Source: Nemertoderma westbladi (Eukaryota; Animalia; Xenacoelomorpha). From it: DNA of 52,186 nt. A program made the translations under genes and the position numbers. Positions 21,531 through 33,487 of the stretch are shown here, piece by piece (position 1 is the stretch's first letter; every line of letters begins with the position of its first letter). The notes beneath the pieces are model-generated. The model made no database searches, was not told where the DNA came from, and saw nothing but the letters and a program-made list of their open reading frames with translations. The stretch is taken from contig JAUCBJ010008521.1 of NCBI GenBank assembly GCA_032718475.1, positions 1 to 52,186 of the forward strand, read 5' to 3'.

Positions 21531-23494
21531 CTTGTCGAGATGTGCTTTTAAGCTCTGGCGTAATTGTGGTTCTCCGCGATAAGGTGCAGTTTTTCACGAG
21601 TATCTACGTTCGAAGGCTCAATTCAAACAGGCAATGCGCCAATGTAAGAAAAATGAATCAACAATTAAACATGACAAAATGGCACAGAATTTACTCTCTG
21701 ACAACTCCAGCCGGGAATTCTGGTCCCAGGTTCGTAGTCATTCAAGTTGTAAAACCCCATTGCCCAATAAAGTAGGGGACAGCATTGGTGCTTCTAATAT
21801 TAGCAATATGTGGATGAACCATTTTAAAGATATATTTAACTGTGTTAAAGATGATACGTCGAGTACCTCTGTCAATATGTGTCTTGATACAAGTATTGAC
21901 ACGGGATATACTCATGTATCATTTAAGGAAGTTCTCGATTCTATACTGAGTCTGCCTACTGGTAAAGCCTCTGGGCCAGACAATCTGACAGCTGAACATT
22001 TCATAAATGGGTGTGGGTTCAACCTTATTCATTCCATTTGTATTTTATTAAATTCTCTGTTTATCCATAATTATATGCCCTCCGCCATGATGGATTCGAA
22101 TATAATACCTCTGGTTAAGGATAGGACAGGTGATATGACCTGCAAAGATAATTACAGAGGTATATCACTTTCCACAATATTAAGTAAGATTGTGGAAAAG
22201 GTTATTCTAGAACGTTGTATTCACCATTTGTCTACTTCAGATAACCAATTTGGTTTTAAGTCTAAATCTGGGACAGAAATGTGCATTTATACGCTTAAAG
22301 AAGTGATCAACTACTATCTCAGTTGTAATTCTTGTGTATATGTTTGTATGCTGGATGCTTCAAAAGCTTTCGACCGCGTTAACCACTTTAAGCTGTTCGA
22401 CAAGCTTCTGAAACGCTCAGTACCTGTATATATTGTCAGAATTGTAAGATTTTGGTACCGTAATCAATTATTGAAAGTTTATTGGGATGGTTTTTTATCT
22501 ACCTCTTTTACTGTAACTAATGGTACTCGTCAAGGTGGAATTCTTTCGCCGTTATTTTATAATATTTACATTGATGATTTAACTGTTGCATTAAATAATA
22601 GTAATCTAGGCTGTATGCTTGAATCAGTCCGAATTAATAATTTGCTTTATGCGGATGATCTGTGTCTGATTTCAAACTCTATTCACGGACTACAAACCCA
22701 TGTTGATATAGCTGTTGCTTACGCCGATAGTAATTCTATTATTTTCAATACCAAGAAGTCAAAATGTATATACTACATTCCGAAATCTTACACAGTCACT
22801 CGCTATGCCAATATTAAATTATATGGTGCGAATATCGAAATCGTGGACTCTTTCAATTATCTAGGTCATATTTTGTGCTCATCCACCGATGATGACAATG
22901 ACATTACCAAGCAGTTGCACTTGTTGTATGCTAGAGCAAACTCTCTTGTGAGAAAATTTGGTAAAGCATCCATTTGTGTCAAGGTTGCGCTTTTTCGCGC
23001 TTATTTAACCCCAATTTACTGCAATAGCCTTTGGGCTGAGAGTAACTACTCACACCGTGTCCATGAAAAGATACGAGTTGCATACAGCAACTGTGCTAGA
23101 TTATTATTTAATATTCCCTATTTAACTAATGATGAACCGACCAGTATGTCGGTTACATTTGGTGAGCTTAATTTACCAATGTTTTGTCATCTAAGACACA
23201 AATCTGTCACTAGCTTATATAAGAGGGTCATGGCTTCGCTTCACCCAACTGTCTAATACGTGCTGTGTTTTCTGTTTGTAGGAATGTGTCACGTATATTG
23301 TCATTCTACCCGTCGCGGGGTTAATTAATACATTATAAACTTTCATACTGTAATTAATAAATTTTATGTAAGTGTAAGTATGTAGGAGTACTAGTTTCCG
23401 TGTCTAATTGTGCTAACTGTGTATATTTTACTGTATTTTAACTATGGATTTAACTAATTGTACCTATGGTATGGAATAAATAGTAATAATAATA
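21531..23494 (+). mobile_element. 5'-truncated CR1/L2-group LINE nested in the RTE element
   Basis: RT ORF, 3' UTR ending AATAAA + (TAA)n; possible short ACA TSD. Confidence 0.85.
21634..23256 (+). CDS. Non-LTR reverse transcriptase ORF (540 aa, 5'-truncated)
   Basis: KASGPD, NYRGISL, QFGF, LDASKAFD, GTRQGGILSP, YADD and FNYLG in one open frame. Confidence 0.9.
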   Translation: MRQCKKNESTIKHDKMAQNLLSDNSSREFWSQVRSHSSCKTPLPNKVGDSIGASNISNMWMNHFKDIFNCVKDDTSSTSVNMCLDTSIDTGYTHVSFKEVLDSILSLPTGKASGPDNLTAEHFINGCGFNLIHSICILLNSLFIHNYMPSAMMDSNIIPLVKDRTGDMTCKDNYRGISLSTILSKIVEKVILERCIHHLSTSDNQFGFKSKSGTEMCIYTLKEVINYYLSCNSCVYVCMLDASKAFDRVNHFKLFDKLLKRSVPVYIVRIVRFWYRNQLLKVYWDGFLSTSFTVTNGTRQGGILSPLFYNIYIDDLTVALNNSNLGCMLESVRINNLLYADDLCLISNSIHGLQTHVDIAVAYADSNSIIFNTKKSKCIYYIPKSYTVTRYANIKLYGANIEIVDSFNYLGHILCSSTDDDNDITKQLHLLYARANSLVRKFGKASICVKVALFRAYLTPIYCNSLWAESNYSHRVHEKIRVAYSNCARLLFNIPYLTNDEPTSMSVTFGELNLPMFCHLRHKSVTSLYKRVMASLHPTV

Positions 23495-24589
23495 ACATAT
23501 AACACCAGTTCTAATAGAAATGGGTACTTACTTTTAGACCTAATGGAAGAATGTGAATTGATACCAACAAACACCACATTCGAAAAGAGTAAGGGGAAGC
23601 TATGGACCTTTCAATACCCTAATGGAACCAAAGCACAACTGGATTACATCCTTATAAACAAAAAGTGGAGAAACAGCATGATCAACTGCGAGGCATACAG
23701 CTCGTTCAACCTAATTGGTTCGGACCACAGAATTGTGATTGCAGAGATCAGACTCAGTTTGAGAGCCAGCAAACCCAGGACAAGCAAGCAAATCAACTAT
23801 GACTGGGAGAAACTCAGAACTGACAATGCAGTAAAGGATGCTTAGACAGTAGAATTAGACCACCAATTCAATATCGGAAGTTAGGAAAGCAAAGGCTTGG
23901 GTAGCTCTATCAAAAATGGATACCATCTGGAAATCAGATCTCTCCAGGCACCTGAAGACTAAGTTCTTTCGAGCCACAGTGGAAAGTGTATTTTTATACG
24001 GGGGTGAGACCTGGACACTGACTAAATCACTTGAACAACGAATTGATGGTTGCTACACAAGACTACTAAGGGCAGCCCTCAACATCAGCTGGAGACAACA
24101 CATGACAAACGCCGAGCTTTATGGTACAATACCACCTGTATCAACCACCCTCCGTGAACGCAGATTAAGATTCAGTGGGCACTGCTGGCGAAGTAAAGAC
24201 GAGGTCATACCAGATCTACTTTTCTGGCAACCAACTCATGGAAAGCGTAGTCGTGGACGACCTGCCATAACATATGGATCAACTTGAAAGGGATACTGAA
24301 CTTGGGAGAATCGAAATTGCGACAACTATGGAGAATCGGGAAGCCTGGAAGGATCTCATTTCCACTGTCCAAGTTCGCTCGACTTAGTAGTAGTATACAT
24401 ACTGTAATACTGAAAGAATATGAAAATTAGACTTATATTGGTAATCTCCGTCTAATATTTTTTCTACATAGGCTTTCGGGACGCCGAAATCATTAGAAGA
24501 CATTTTAAAATCATTGGACTTCTATTATAAGTGGCAGTTCTATGCATACGTAATGCAGGCACAATAAAATGAAAGTAACCAGAAGCAAT

Positions 24590-25040
24590 ACTTTTCAGTT
24601 TGAACACAAATTTTTAATTAACTTATACCACTTAATTCACATTCTATTAATTAGGTGGTTTGGGGCGAAATTTATAATGGAATACATTTCAGTTCTATAT
24701 TGCTATTGCAAGTTGTATTTGTGTAAAATGTTGGCGTGACACCACCAAAGAGTATGATACAAATATAAGATATATAGTGCAATTCCTATTTATTCCATCG
24801 AAATCAGAACCCCTAAACCCCTACTGTATAAAGCAAAAAACATGGTCAAACATTCAATGAAAAAATTTACTGAATTTAAAAACGGCTCAGAAATTGTGCC
24901 AAAAATAGTGTTCAAAAATAGTGCTATTGGTCGAAAAGTACCAAATATTTTATTATATATATATATTTTATTATTATTATTATATATATTTTAAAAATCA
25001 TTTTCAATAATTATAAAGTCTAAAGATTCTTAGGAATAGG
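24590..25040 (+). mobile_element. Diverged fragment of the TTAA MITE family
   Basis: Blocks such as GAACACAAA..TTTTAATT.ACTTATAC and GTGCTA....TCGAAAAGTACC.AATATTT match 3760-3790 and 4750-4782. Confidence 0.55.
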
Positions 25041-25740
25041 TAATTTAAATAGTAAATTAAATTTAATATGTAAATTAAAATAAAATTAAATAGTAAATTT
25101 ACATGAGAACTGAAATAGTTTTCATATAGGTACACCACATGTACTGAAGTTTATACATGGCCGGACCATTACTTTAAATTCCTGCCATTTTATGACGAAG
25201 TGTTATTCAGTGTTTTATAGCGCTCAATTCTATCTAATATCCTTTACTGATACAAATTCGTTTATTGTTTTGGTTAGATTCATCCCTTCTGTAACTTTGG
25301 TTGTTAGTGAAAATCTGAATTCGTTTTTAAGGGGGGGAAACTACAAAGTGAATATAACAGAAGAAATCTGGTGTACTTTACATAACGGGTCTCGGGGCAA
25401 CTCGTGATCAATGTCATCGGAAATTATCGAGATTTAAAGTCATCATTCATCTACTACAGTACAGTAGGTCTACATAGGCATGCTAGGTTAAGCGCAGTAG
25501 TTGATGTGTGGGTGTATGTTGAAGTAAGTACTCAGCAGTCTAGAACATGCAGCATACGTCGTCGGCCTATTTCCAAATGTTACAAAGAGCAAACAAACTT
25601 ATGTACCAGTTTTTGGATGGCTTGATTGGTAATTTCTGCTACCTAGGTCTATGCTGAATAATTCCGAATACGAAAGGCCAAGACATAATCAACATTAAAT
25701 CTATCGAGGTTATGGAAATATCCCATCTATCTATAATCAA

Positions 25741-25858
25741 CATGCTGCATTGCAGCTGCATTGAGATTGCTATACCAGGTTAACAACGAAATTACCCCGC
25801 CACAATACAATAATTCTATGCCGGCTTATCGATTAAATTGCGCCGCCACAATTACCTA
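25741..25858 (-). mobile_element. 3'-end fragment of the RTE family seen at 10157
   Basis: CATGCTGCATTGCAGCTGCATT and TGCCGGCTTATCGA..AAATTGC.CCGCCACAA match 10170-10240. Confidence 0.7.
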
Positions 25859-26660
25859 TTAGGGTGGTGCGTTTTTTACTTTTTTCGATTTCGTTGTTCT
25901 ACCGGTGCGGAAAAGTTGCCAAATGGTAAAAAATTAAGGCAAAAAAATTTCTCTAAATTTCATCGATATCTTGACGGATCCCAAGGGGGTTGAAATTTTG
26001 AGCCATCTCGATGCACCACAATTAAATTTATAACAATAAAACACATTAATGAAAGATCAATGACCTAAGAAAGAACTTCCTGCATGCATAAAATGTCATG
26101 AAATGGGTCCAAACTTAGTTTGACACCAAAATTTTAATTTTTGGATCAAGGGAACTAGTGCCACAGGCACATGGACAGAACCTACCATTTGGCACAAAGT
26201 GATGATATTTCTAAATTTTCGCGATTTCCAACTTTGAATTATCTTGCTCATACTCCATTAATACTATACTCATTAGAACCGCAATGTCCGATTTAGTGGG
26301 GGTAGACAACTTCAATACAAACGTAGAGCGAATAGTTCTTGAGATATCGCAGAAAATGTGAAGTCCGGCACAAGTCTTCATTACCGCCTTGATGCGATAT
26401 GGTCAAATCCTCAAAGTTTTATTTTGAATTATCTCAAGGAACCAAGAATAGACACATCACAGAAATGATCGATGTAGTGGGTGTAGACACCTTTAAAATA
26501 AGAGTAGAGTCATTAGTTCCTGAGTTATTTTACAAAATGTCAAGACTATGTCCACCAATTAATACTTGAGATTGAGTTGACCCATTCCACACATTTTGTA
26601 CAAAAACTATAGTGAATTAATCACTACTCTTTAATTTTGAAGGTGTCTGTATACACTAAA

Positions 26661-27280
26661 TCAATTTAAATATCTTTTCATTTGAGTGTAGCAACCACAT
26701 GGTGTACCAAATCCTTGAATATGTGTTGAAGTTTTACTTCCAGAGATCATATATGCTGCAAACTTTTGCTTAAAAGTAAGTGGTCCAATGAAATTTGTCG
26801 ATACTAGATGACAAAGTTGCTCTACTGTTTTTAATATCTTATATTGAACACTTTTATCTGCCTCTCCAAAAGTGCCGACCCCAGCGAGCAAACAACAAAA
26901 GTTAAGTACATCGGGATGAATTTTGTTTGCATACTCATCATTGTTCAATTCTTCATATTTATAAAGTGTCTTCAATGAAGAAACAGTTTCTATTAGGTAT
27001 GGCTTTAACTGTTCGGAAATAACAACAGTCCAATCAATTTCTCTGAAGGTTCATCTACTACAACATTCGTGCTCTCATTCAAATTCATTAATGACTTAGC
27101 GGATTCGTAACAGTCTACGCATATGAATTTCCCACGCCCCATCTTACCCATCTCATGAAGATATGATATTACAGTTTTGTTTGCATGTTTTCTTTGCGGG
27201 TCTGTTGGAATTAAGTTTGTACTTGCATGACAGTCATTGATGGAACACAATCTGGAGTATTGTAAATTTGTCGTTGCCAT
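26661..27280 (-). pseudogene. Frameshifted transposon-like protein fragment (N-terminal C..C/H..C..C zinc motif)
   Basis: Consecutive ORFs 27280-27005 and 26975-26661; CSINDC...H...CVDC. Confidence 0.4.
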
Positions 27281-27464
27281 TATATAGTATTATAAAGTTA
27301 AGGAGCTGTACGGGTAATTCGGTTGTAAAAAATTGGCTGTAAAAATGAAAGTGATATCTAACACTGACAGCGACGTATTGGGATATATAGGAGCCATAAC
27401 ACATGTGAAAATAAAAAAGTGATAGGACGGGTACATTTTTTATTAAAAATTCATCACCCCTTAT

Positions 27465-27720
27465 TGTAATATACCACTGTAATATAGATATACTGTAGAA
27501 TATTATACCACTGTAATATAGATATACTGTAGAATATTATACCACTGTAATATAGATATACTGTAGAATATTATACCACTGTAATATAGATATACTGTAG
27601 AATATTATACCACTGTAATATAGATATACTGTAGAATATTATACCACTGTAATATAGATATACTGTAGAATATTATACCACTGTAATATAGATATACTGT
27701 AGAATATTATACTGTAGAAT
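27465..27720. repeat. 34-bp tandem repeat (about 7 units)
   Basis: Unit TATTATACCACTGTAATATAGATATACTGTAGAA. Confidence 0.95.
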
Positions 27721-29140
27721 ATACATAGATTCAGTTGTACAGTTTTCTTTGGCCGCTCACGCTTGGTAGCCTTATCGGTCCTGGTCGCTCCCTTGGTCCT
27801 TACTACCGCATCTGCCTGGGGAGGCAATCTCTCGTTCCTGTGGATGTTGCAGTACCAATTCATTCGCCCTGCATCTTCAGTCCAATAACTGTCCAATAAC
27901 CCCATACAAAATGCATGTATCCATCGACCGCAAGATGTTCCCTTGATGCATTCGAGCCAAAGACCAGCAATGTCGCTGACTGCGCATAATATGCGTCCAC
28001 AGACTTCACACATATTTGCTGGCAATGGAAGGATCCTGGTGTCGTCTGTTATAACGGAAGCCGGCGTTTTTGTGGGGGTCCAAAATGTTGGTGTGTTGGA
28101 AACGATTTCTTCGTTGGCGGTACCTGGAGTTATCGCATGGGGAATATCGACGGAAATAATCATAGCTGCGAGTGCATTTCTCGCACTCACCTCAGAGTCA
28201 AATTTCTTTTTATTTAGTTCCTTGAAGCTTATATTGGTTAGCAAAGATGACTCTGATCTAACGACGGAGATGTTAGACCTACCCATTTTTTTATTGAAAA
28301 AAATAATATCCCCCCCAATGGATGTAAGAGTTTCCAGTAAATTCAGTTTCTCCATTAGGCCTTATTTTCGATTGCATACTACTGTTGCTCTTTTTGCGTT
28401 ATCTTGGATATACTCAGCGTTCCCTTTTCTTATACGAGTACACGCTGGTGGAGGAACTGGTTTACGTTTTCCCTGGTTTATGCACTCGACCCCAACACCC
28501 TCGGCCCCAACGCCCTCGCCCCAACACCCTCGTCCCCGATATCCTTGTTACCAACACCCAAGCCCCCAACACCCTCGGCCCCAACGCCCTCGGCCCCAAA
28601 ACCCTCGCCCCCAACACCCAAGCCCCCAACACCCAAGCCCCCAACACCCTCGACCCCAACGCCCTCGCCCCCAACACCCTCGTCCCCAATATCCTTGTTA
28701 CCAACACACAAGCCCCCAACACCCTTGGCCCCAACGCCCTCGGCCCCAAAACCCTCGCCCCCAACACCCTCGCCCCCAACACCTAAGCCCACAACACCCT
28801 CGTCCCCAATATCCTTGTTAGCAACACCCTCGCCCCCAAAACCCTCGCCCCCAACACCCTCGTCTCCAACACCCTCTCTCCCAACGCCGTAGAAATGTAA
28901 CACCCGTTTGGCTTTCTTGTACGGCACCCACGATTTATCTCTCATTTCGTCGTCCACATCGGAAATAATAGGAGATGGAATGTGCAGTTCCATTTCCTCC
29001 AGTGGTGGTGTAACTGGAGGTGGTTGGCGACTTATAGGGGAATAAAGTGGGTGCTTCTGTATTAGTTCCGGCAAAGTGTTCTGCCATAGATTCTCTAAGG
29101 AATTCTCAACATCGGAATCGGATTCGCTATCCATCATCAT
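27639..29140 (-). pseudogene. Disrupted gene: acidic N-terminus, (GVGGE)n repeat, MADS-box-like segment, PHD finger
   Basis: ORF 29140-28478 shifts frame in the repeat into ...EYIQDNAKRATVVCNRK*GLMEKLNLLETLT, continuing as ORF 28355-27639 with CEVC...WLEC....CGRWIHAFC...WYCNIH. Confidence 0.65.
28487..28890. repeat. 15-bp coding minisatellite with higher-order structure
   Basis: Unit CCCCCAACACCCTCG (GVGGE on minus), with the variant ATCCTTGTTA recurring three times. Confidence 0.95.
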
Positions 29141-29485
29141 ATTGATAGTGTAATAATACTATTTAATTATGATATATTTATTTATTTGTGTATGATTGAT
29201 ATGTTTATATTTGCAGTGATTTCTTAATTAAAAAAAAAATAACATACAGTACTGCGTTGCAAAGTAGACCTACTTTACAGAGTTCTGATCCTTGTATCTT
29301 TAATTCCAGTCCCTCACCGCGAATGTTCGTGAAACAAAAACCATTTATTAGCACACTAAAGTGTTACCCACAAGAAGACACGAAGTTGGCTCTTCGTGCA
29401 GCATGTGACATAAACTCATGTGAAGTGTTAGCTCGACAGCTGCTCTAAATAATTATAAGTAATATCCCAGTGAAAAGTGAATGTG

Positions 29486-30062
29486 TGTTAGCGTATTCAA
29501 TTCCGCTAACCAGCCCACACAAAGTTGGTTTTAAACAATATTGGGAGCACGAGGTTGATCACCAATCAACCTCGTGTCACCCCAATAGACGGGGCGACAA
29601 ACCCCAAAGGGAACACACAGCCGGGGTCAGAGGTTACACCTCCGGGAGGGAGAGAGTGATAGCAGCAGGGGGAAACACTCCCAGAGAGATGGGAGGGCGA
29701 GAAGTGAGTTATTAGCCAATGGGGGGAAGGCATCCACTGAGTAATGTAATGCGGCCAACCAGTGCAATATATATTACCATTTGTTGTGCCAATTCATTCA
29801 CTTGGTTAGTCAGTTTTAGTTAGGGCAGACTGTTCACCGATTACCGTTCACTGCCGTCATCTATAATTCAGCTTTACCGGTACATTCACTCAGTTACAAT
29901 TGTGCTTACACTTCACTTGTTAATTCTACATTTTATATATATCATTTTACAACAAAGTCGGAATAACTCTCAACAACCTAGAACTCTTTTCATACACACA
30001 CGGCGGGGAACGCGTAAATCAGATAACCGGATAAACCGGGATCCTCGGTGGATCCCGTGACA
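29486..30062 (+). repeat. 5' LTR of family B
   Basis: TGTTAGCG...CCCGTGACA; direct repeat of 40366-40944. Confidence 0.95.
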
Positions 30063-30133
30063 GTAATAAGATCCAGCAGCTGCCCGATACGATAGTAAAA
30101 GACCAACAAACTTTAACTGACAGTCAGCCAACC

Positions 30134-33100
30134 ATGAGTCGAGAAGGAGAGACGACACTGCCTCGGACCCCGGACGGCGATCTAACGATCCGCGAGGCCG
30201 TGACGCAACGGTACCGACCCACGACGCCGAATCAATCGACTACGGATGATCCGGCAATCCAAACTGAGGGGGGCCGTCTACAACGAGCAGACGAGTTGAG
30301 AGAGGAGAGAGACGAGTCGACACACAGCGGCGGTCGACGTGCCGATGTCGCCAGCCAGCCACAGGCCGAGGGCGACGGACGGCCCACCGGAATGGCGATG
30401 GTGGGGCCACCGGTACGACGCCGGACATGGAGGGATAAAGGAGACGTTGGCGACGAGGATGTCGGGGTCAGCGACCGGCTCCGACGAGCCTAAGCCGCGA
30501 CCCGGAAGCAACTGAGAAAAGCCAAAGGAGGGGCCAAGATAGACCAGGTGAAGCTAGAGAAGCGGCTAGGTGAGTCGAACATACATTTTGATTACTTAGT
30601 CGCTTTGGGCAGGGAGAACTAGCCGATGAGAGAGCGAGAGGGGTTGCCACCGAACTGTTTGAACTGTGGGAATGTAGGGGTATGGAACCTAGCGTGGTGT
30701 ATATAGGGCCATACTTAGTCGATGCCTGGGGAATCAAATTAGTGGGTTGGAGGAGACCGCAGGAGAGCGAATCTGAGGTTAACCCCGAGGATTCGGTCTC
30801 GTCGGTCGGAGAAAATTCCGGGAGGCGGGGGAAAGTTAGTAGGACGGGAAGGCGACGGAGGTCTGTTGCGACCGATAAGTCTGCTACATCCTCCGCAAAA
30901 GAAAGACGGGTGCGGGAAATAGATCTGGCGTGCCAGCTCGATCTGGCGGCGCTAGACCAGAGAGAACTAGAGAGACAGTTAGAGGAAGGGAGTGCGTTAT
31001 TAGAGAAGGAGAAAGAACTGGTTAGAGAGAACAGAGAGAGGGCTGAGAAGGTCGCGAGAAGCTTTAAGGAATGCGAGGAGATAGGGAGGATAGAAAGGAA
31101 GGAGCAAGAAGAGCGCGAGGCAGCGAGTGAGGCGAGAGAGCAGAGTGAACGTGCGAGAGAGCAGAGTGAACGTGCGAGAGAGCAGAGTGAACGTGCGAGA
31201 GAGCGGAATGAACGTAAAGAGTGCGAGGCGAGGGCGGAAGGTGAGCAAAGAGAGCGTGAGGCGAGACGACTCAAGGGGGTTGCGAGAGAGGCGGAATTAG
31301 CCGATCAGAGTGCGCGGGAGGATATGGAGAGAGAGGCAGAGGGGAAGCATGTGCGGGATGATTTGCATGCCCGCCTAAGGGGGCTTATTCAATATCAAGC
31401 CAAACAGAAGCGCCGACTGGAACTGGCACAGATGGGGCTGTCAGAGAGCGAGGCTGGCTCGAGTATTTACGAGGAGCCGGGAGTTAGGAAAACGTTTATT
31501 AATGCCCCACTTACAGGGACCGCACGACAGACCCAGGACTGGTGTGACCGTACGGGCGGGGGGGGGGGGGGGGGGGTAATAATAATAATATAGTAGAGGA
31601 CGTTAATATTAATAGTACCGTATTGGATAATTCTAACCAAACCTTTATTGCAGGAAATATTTTACCTAGTAGTAGTAATTTAAATTTAAATACAAATAAT
31701 TCAAATAATAATACTAATTTAAATAATTCGAATAATCTAATTCAAATAACTAAATCTGACTTACAAAATAATTCAAATAACCTTATTTCGAACGAACAAA
31801 ATAATCCCTTTTCTAATTTAGGCGTGCAAAGTAATTTGATTGATTTGGAGGATTTAATTAATTTAACAGATAATACTGGTAGTGGTGCTATTAATATAAA
31901 CGCGGCAGGTGCAGACGGCCCGGCAGGTGAGAGCCTGGTAGGCCACGCAGTCAGTAGGCAGGAAGTGGCGGGGTTGAGTCAACCCGAGGAGGGCCTGGTA
32001 GGCCACGTAGTCAGTAGGCAGGAAGTGGCGGGGTTGAGTCAACCCGAGGAGGGCCTGGTAGGCCACGTAGTTAGTAGGCAGGAGGTGGCGCGGTTAAGTC
32101 AACCCAATGAGGGCCTGGTAGGCCACGTAGTTAGTAGGCAGGAGGTGGCGCAGTAAGTCAACCCAATGAGGGCCTGGTAGGCCACGTAGTTAGTAGGCAG
32201 GAAGTGGAGGGCCTAGTAGGCCGCACAGTAGCAGAGGGAGAGGCGGGGGTGAATAGACCCAGCCGCAGTAGGGTTAGTGTGTCGACTAGAGAGGGGTGTA
32301 GAAGTAATGCGAGAGATAGTGAAGTAATAGGTGGCGAGTGGGGGGGGGGGGGGGGGGGGCTACAGGAGCCCCACAACGAGAGATTAGCGGCGAGAGGGGG
32401 GGGGGACAAAGAGTTTCCCACAAGCATCGGCGGATAATGCGCGGGGCGAGTTAGGTGAACCGCAGCACCCGACGATGGAGAATAGTAGGGGGATTACGAG
32501 TATCCCCAGCGGCGTGCGATCGAGCAGAGAGAGACAGGTTGACGTCGCGAGAGGGCGGGCGACGAGAGCGTCGAGCCCAATCAGAAGAGGGAAGAAGAAC
32601 AGTGGGGTTTAACCGGGAGGTCGACGAGAGATCTCAGGACCGGGGATACTGCACTACAGAGAGAAGAAGGGAAGAGAGTAGAAGAAGTGTCGTCGTGAAC
32701 GACAGGAGAGCGAGGACGGACAGCGAGCCGTCGGTAGTAGAGATGGAGACGGAGAGTCAGCGGGGTCGAACTTCGGGAGATTGCCGTCGTCCCGGAGAAA
32801 CGCGACCTGACGAGGCGTATCACGCGTCGAGAGAGGGGTACGGGATGTACCGGTACGAGGACGAGAGCAGTAGAGGGGGTCGAAGAGAAACTTCCCGACG
32901 GGATATACCTACCGATCGAGAATACGGTAGCCGCGGGGAGGATTATTCGAGAAGGTTAAACTTTGATCCCGAGCGACACATACAGACTGCAGGACATACT
33001 GTAGGCCTTACTGCACATACCATAGGCCATGCTGGGAGAGATAATGTAGGCGATAGGATAGCGCGAACGACGGGATTAAACCCGGAAGTCGCGGAGTACA

Positions 33101-33435
33101 TACCGGCAGGTAGGCCAGAAGTAGATAGGCCTATACCGGTACCAGCACAGCAGTATGACTACAGCATGCAAGGACATAACATATATCCAGGGGAGGGGAG
33201 AGTTATTGCGGATAGGTGCATGGGCCCCAATATATTAACATCAACCCCAGTACCAAACATACCGGTGGGGGGGGGGGGGCAGGGTGACATTCCCCCATCA
33301 CAATATCAACAATATACCCCAATAGGAAGAAGAATATCGAACCCCTTGGACGAGAATAGATCGTGCGATACCGAAATATGGAGGGGGCCGCTACCCCCGA
33401 TGATATATCCGACGCAAAGGAAAGCAGGCAGATAG
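30134..33435 (+). pseudogene. Long low-complexity/coiled-coil N-terminal extension of BEL gag, fragmented
   Basis: Consecutive plus-strand ORFs (30134, 30682, 31623, 32204, 32455) with E/R coiled-coil, AREQSER repeats and an Asn-rich stretch. Frame breaks often fall at poly-G runs. Confidence 0.55.
31930..32225. repeat. 60-bp tandem repeat (about 5 units) in the gag extension
   Basis: Unit GAGGGCCTGGTAGGCCACGTAGTCAGTAGGCAGGAAGTGGCGGGGTTGAGTCAACCCGAG. Confidence 0.9.
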
Positions 33436-33487
33436 GACGAACGGACCGCACCCAACGGGAGAACCTATACAGCATCCATCGAACCCA

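Larger units (their letters stand above)
20801..24395 (+). mobile_element. RTE-clade LINE, internally deleted (APE endonuclease + C-terminus, RT core missing), split by a nested LINE
   Basis: APE motifs LKIATINART (about 21295), VIAGDLNAHI (about 21475) and QLDYIL...GSDHR (23543-23845). C-terminal RLRFSGHC (23916-24287). (TAG)n tail at about 24385. The frame GYT|YNTSSNRNG rejoins across the nested insert. 5' end approximate. Confidence 0.8.
25860..29150 (-). mobile_element. Degenerate DNA-transposon-like segment (Academ-like, tentative)
   Basis: Abrupt TAGGGTGG terminus-like start and about 190-bp subterminal duplication (26230-26540). Broken ORFs 27280-26661 carry a YMISGSK...GCY motif reminiscent of Academ-type transposase N-regions, with an adjacent PHD ORF. 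No second TIR or DDE core seen. Confidence 0.35.

Noticed and set aside
27943-28892. Pro-rich extensin/collagen-like plus-strand ORFs
   Set aside because: Antisense/alternative frames of the 15-bp minisatellite; the domain-bearing frame is on the minus strand.
31557-33280. Programmed frameshifts at poly-G runs in the BEL gag extension
   Set aside because: Homopolymer slippage or sequencing error is more likely; cannot be distinguished without reads.
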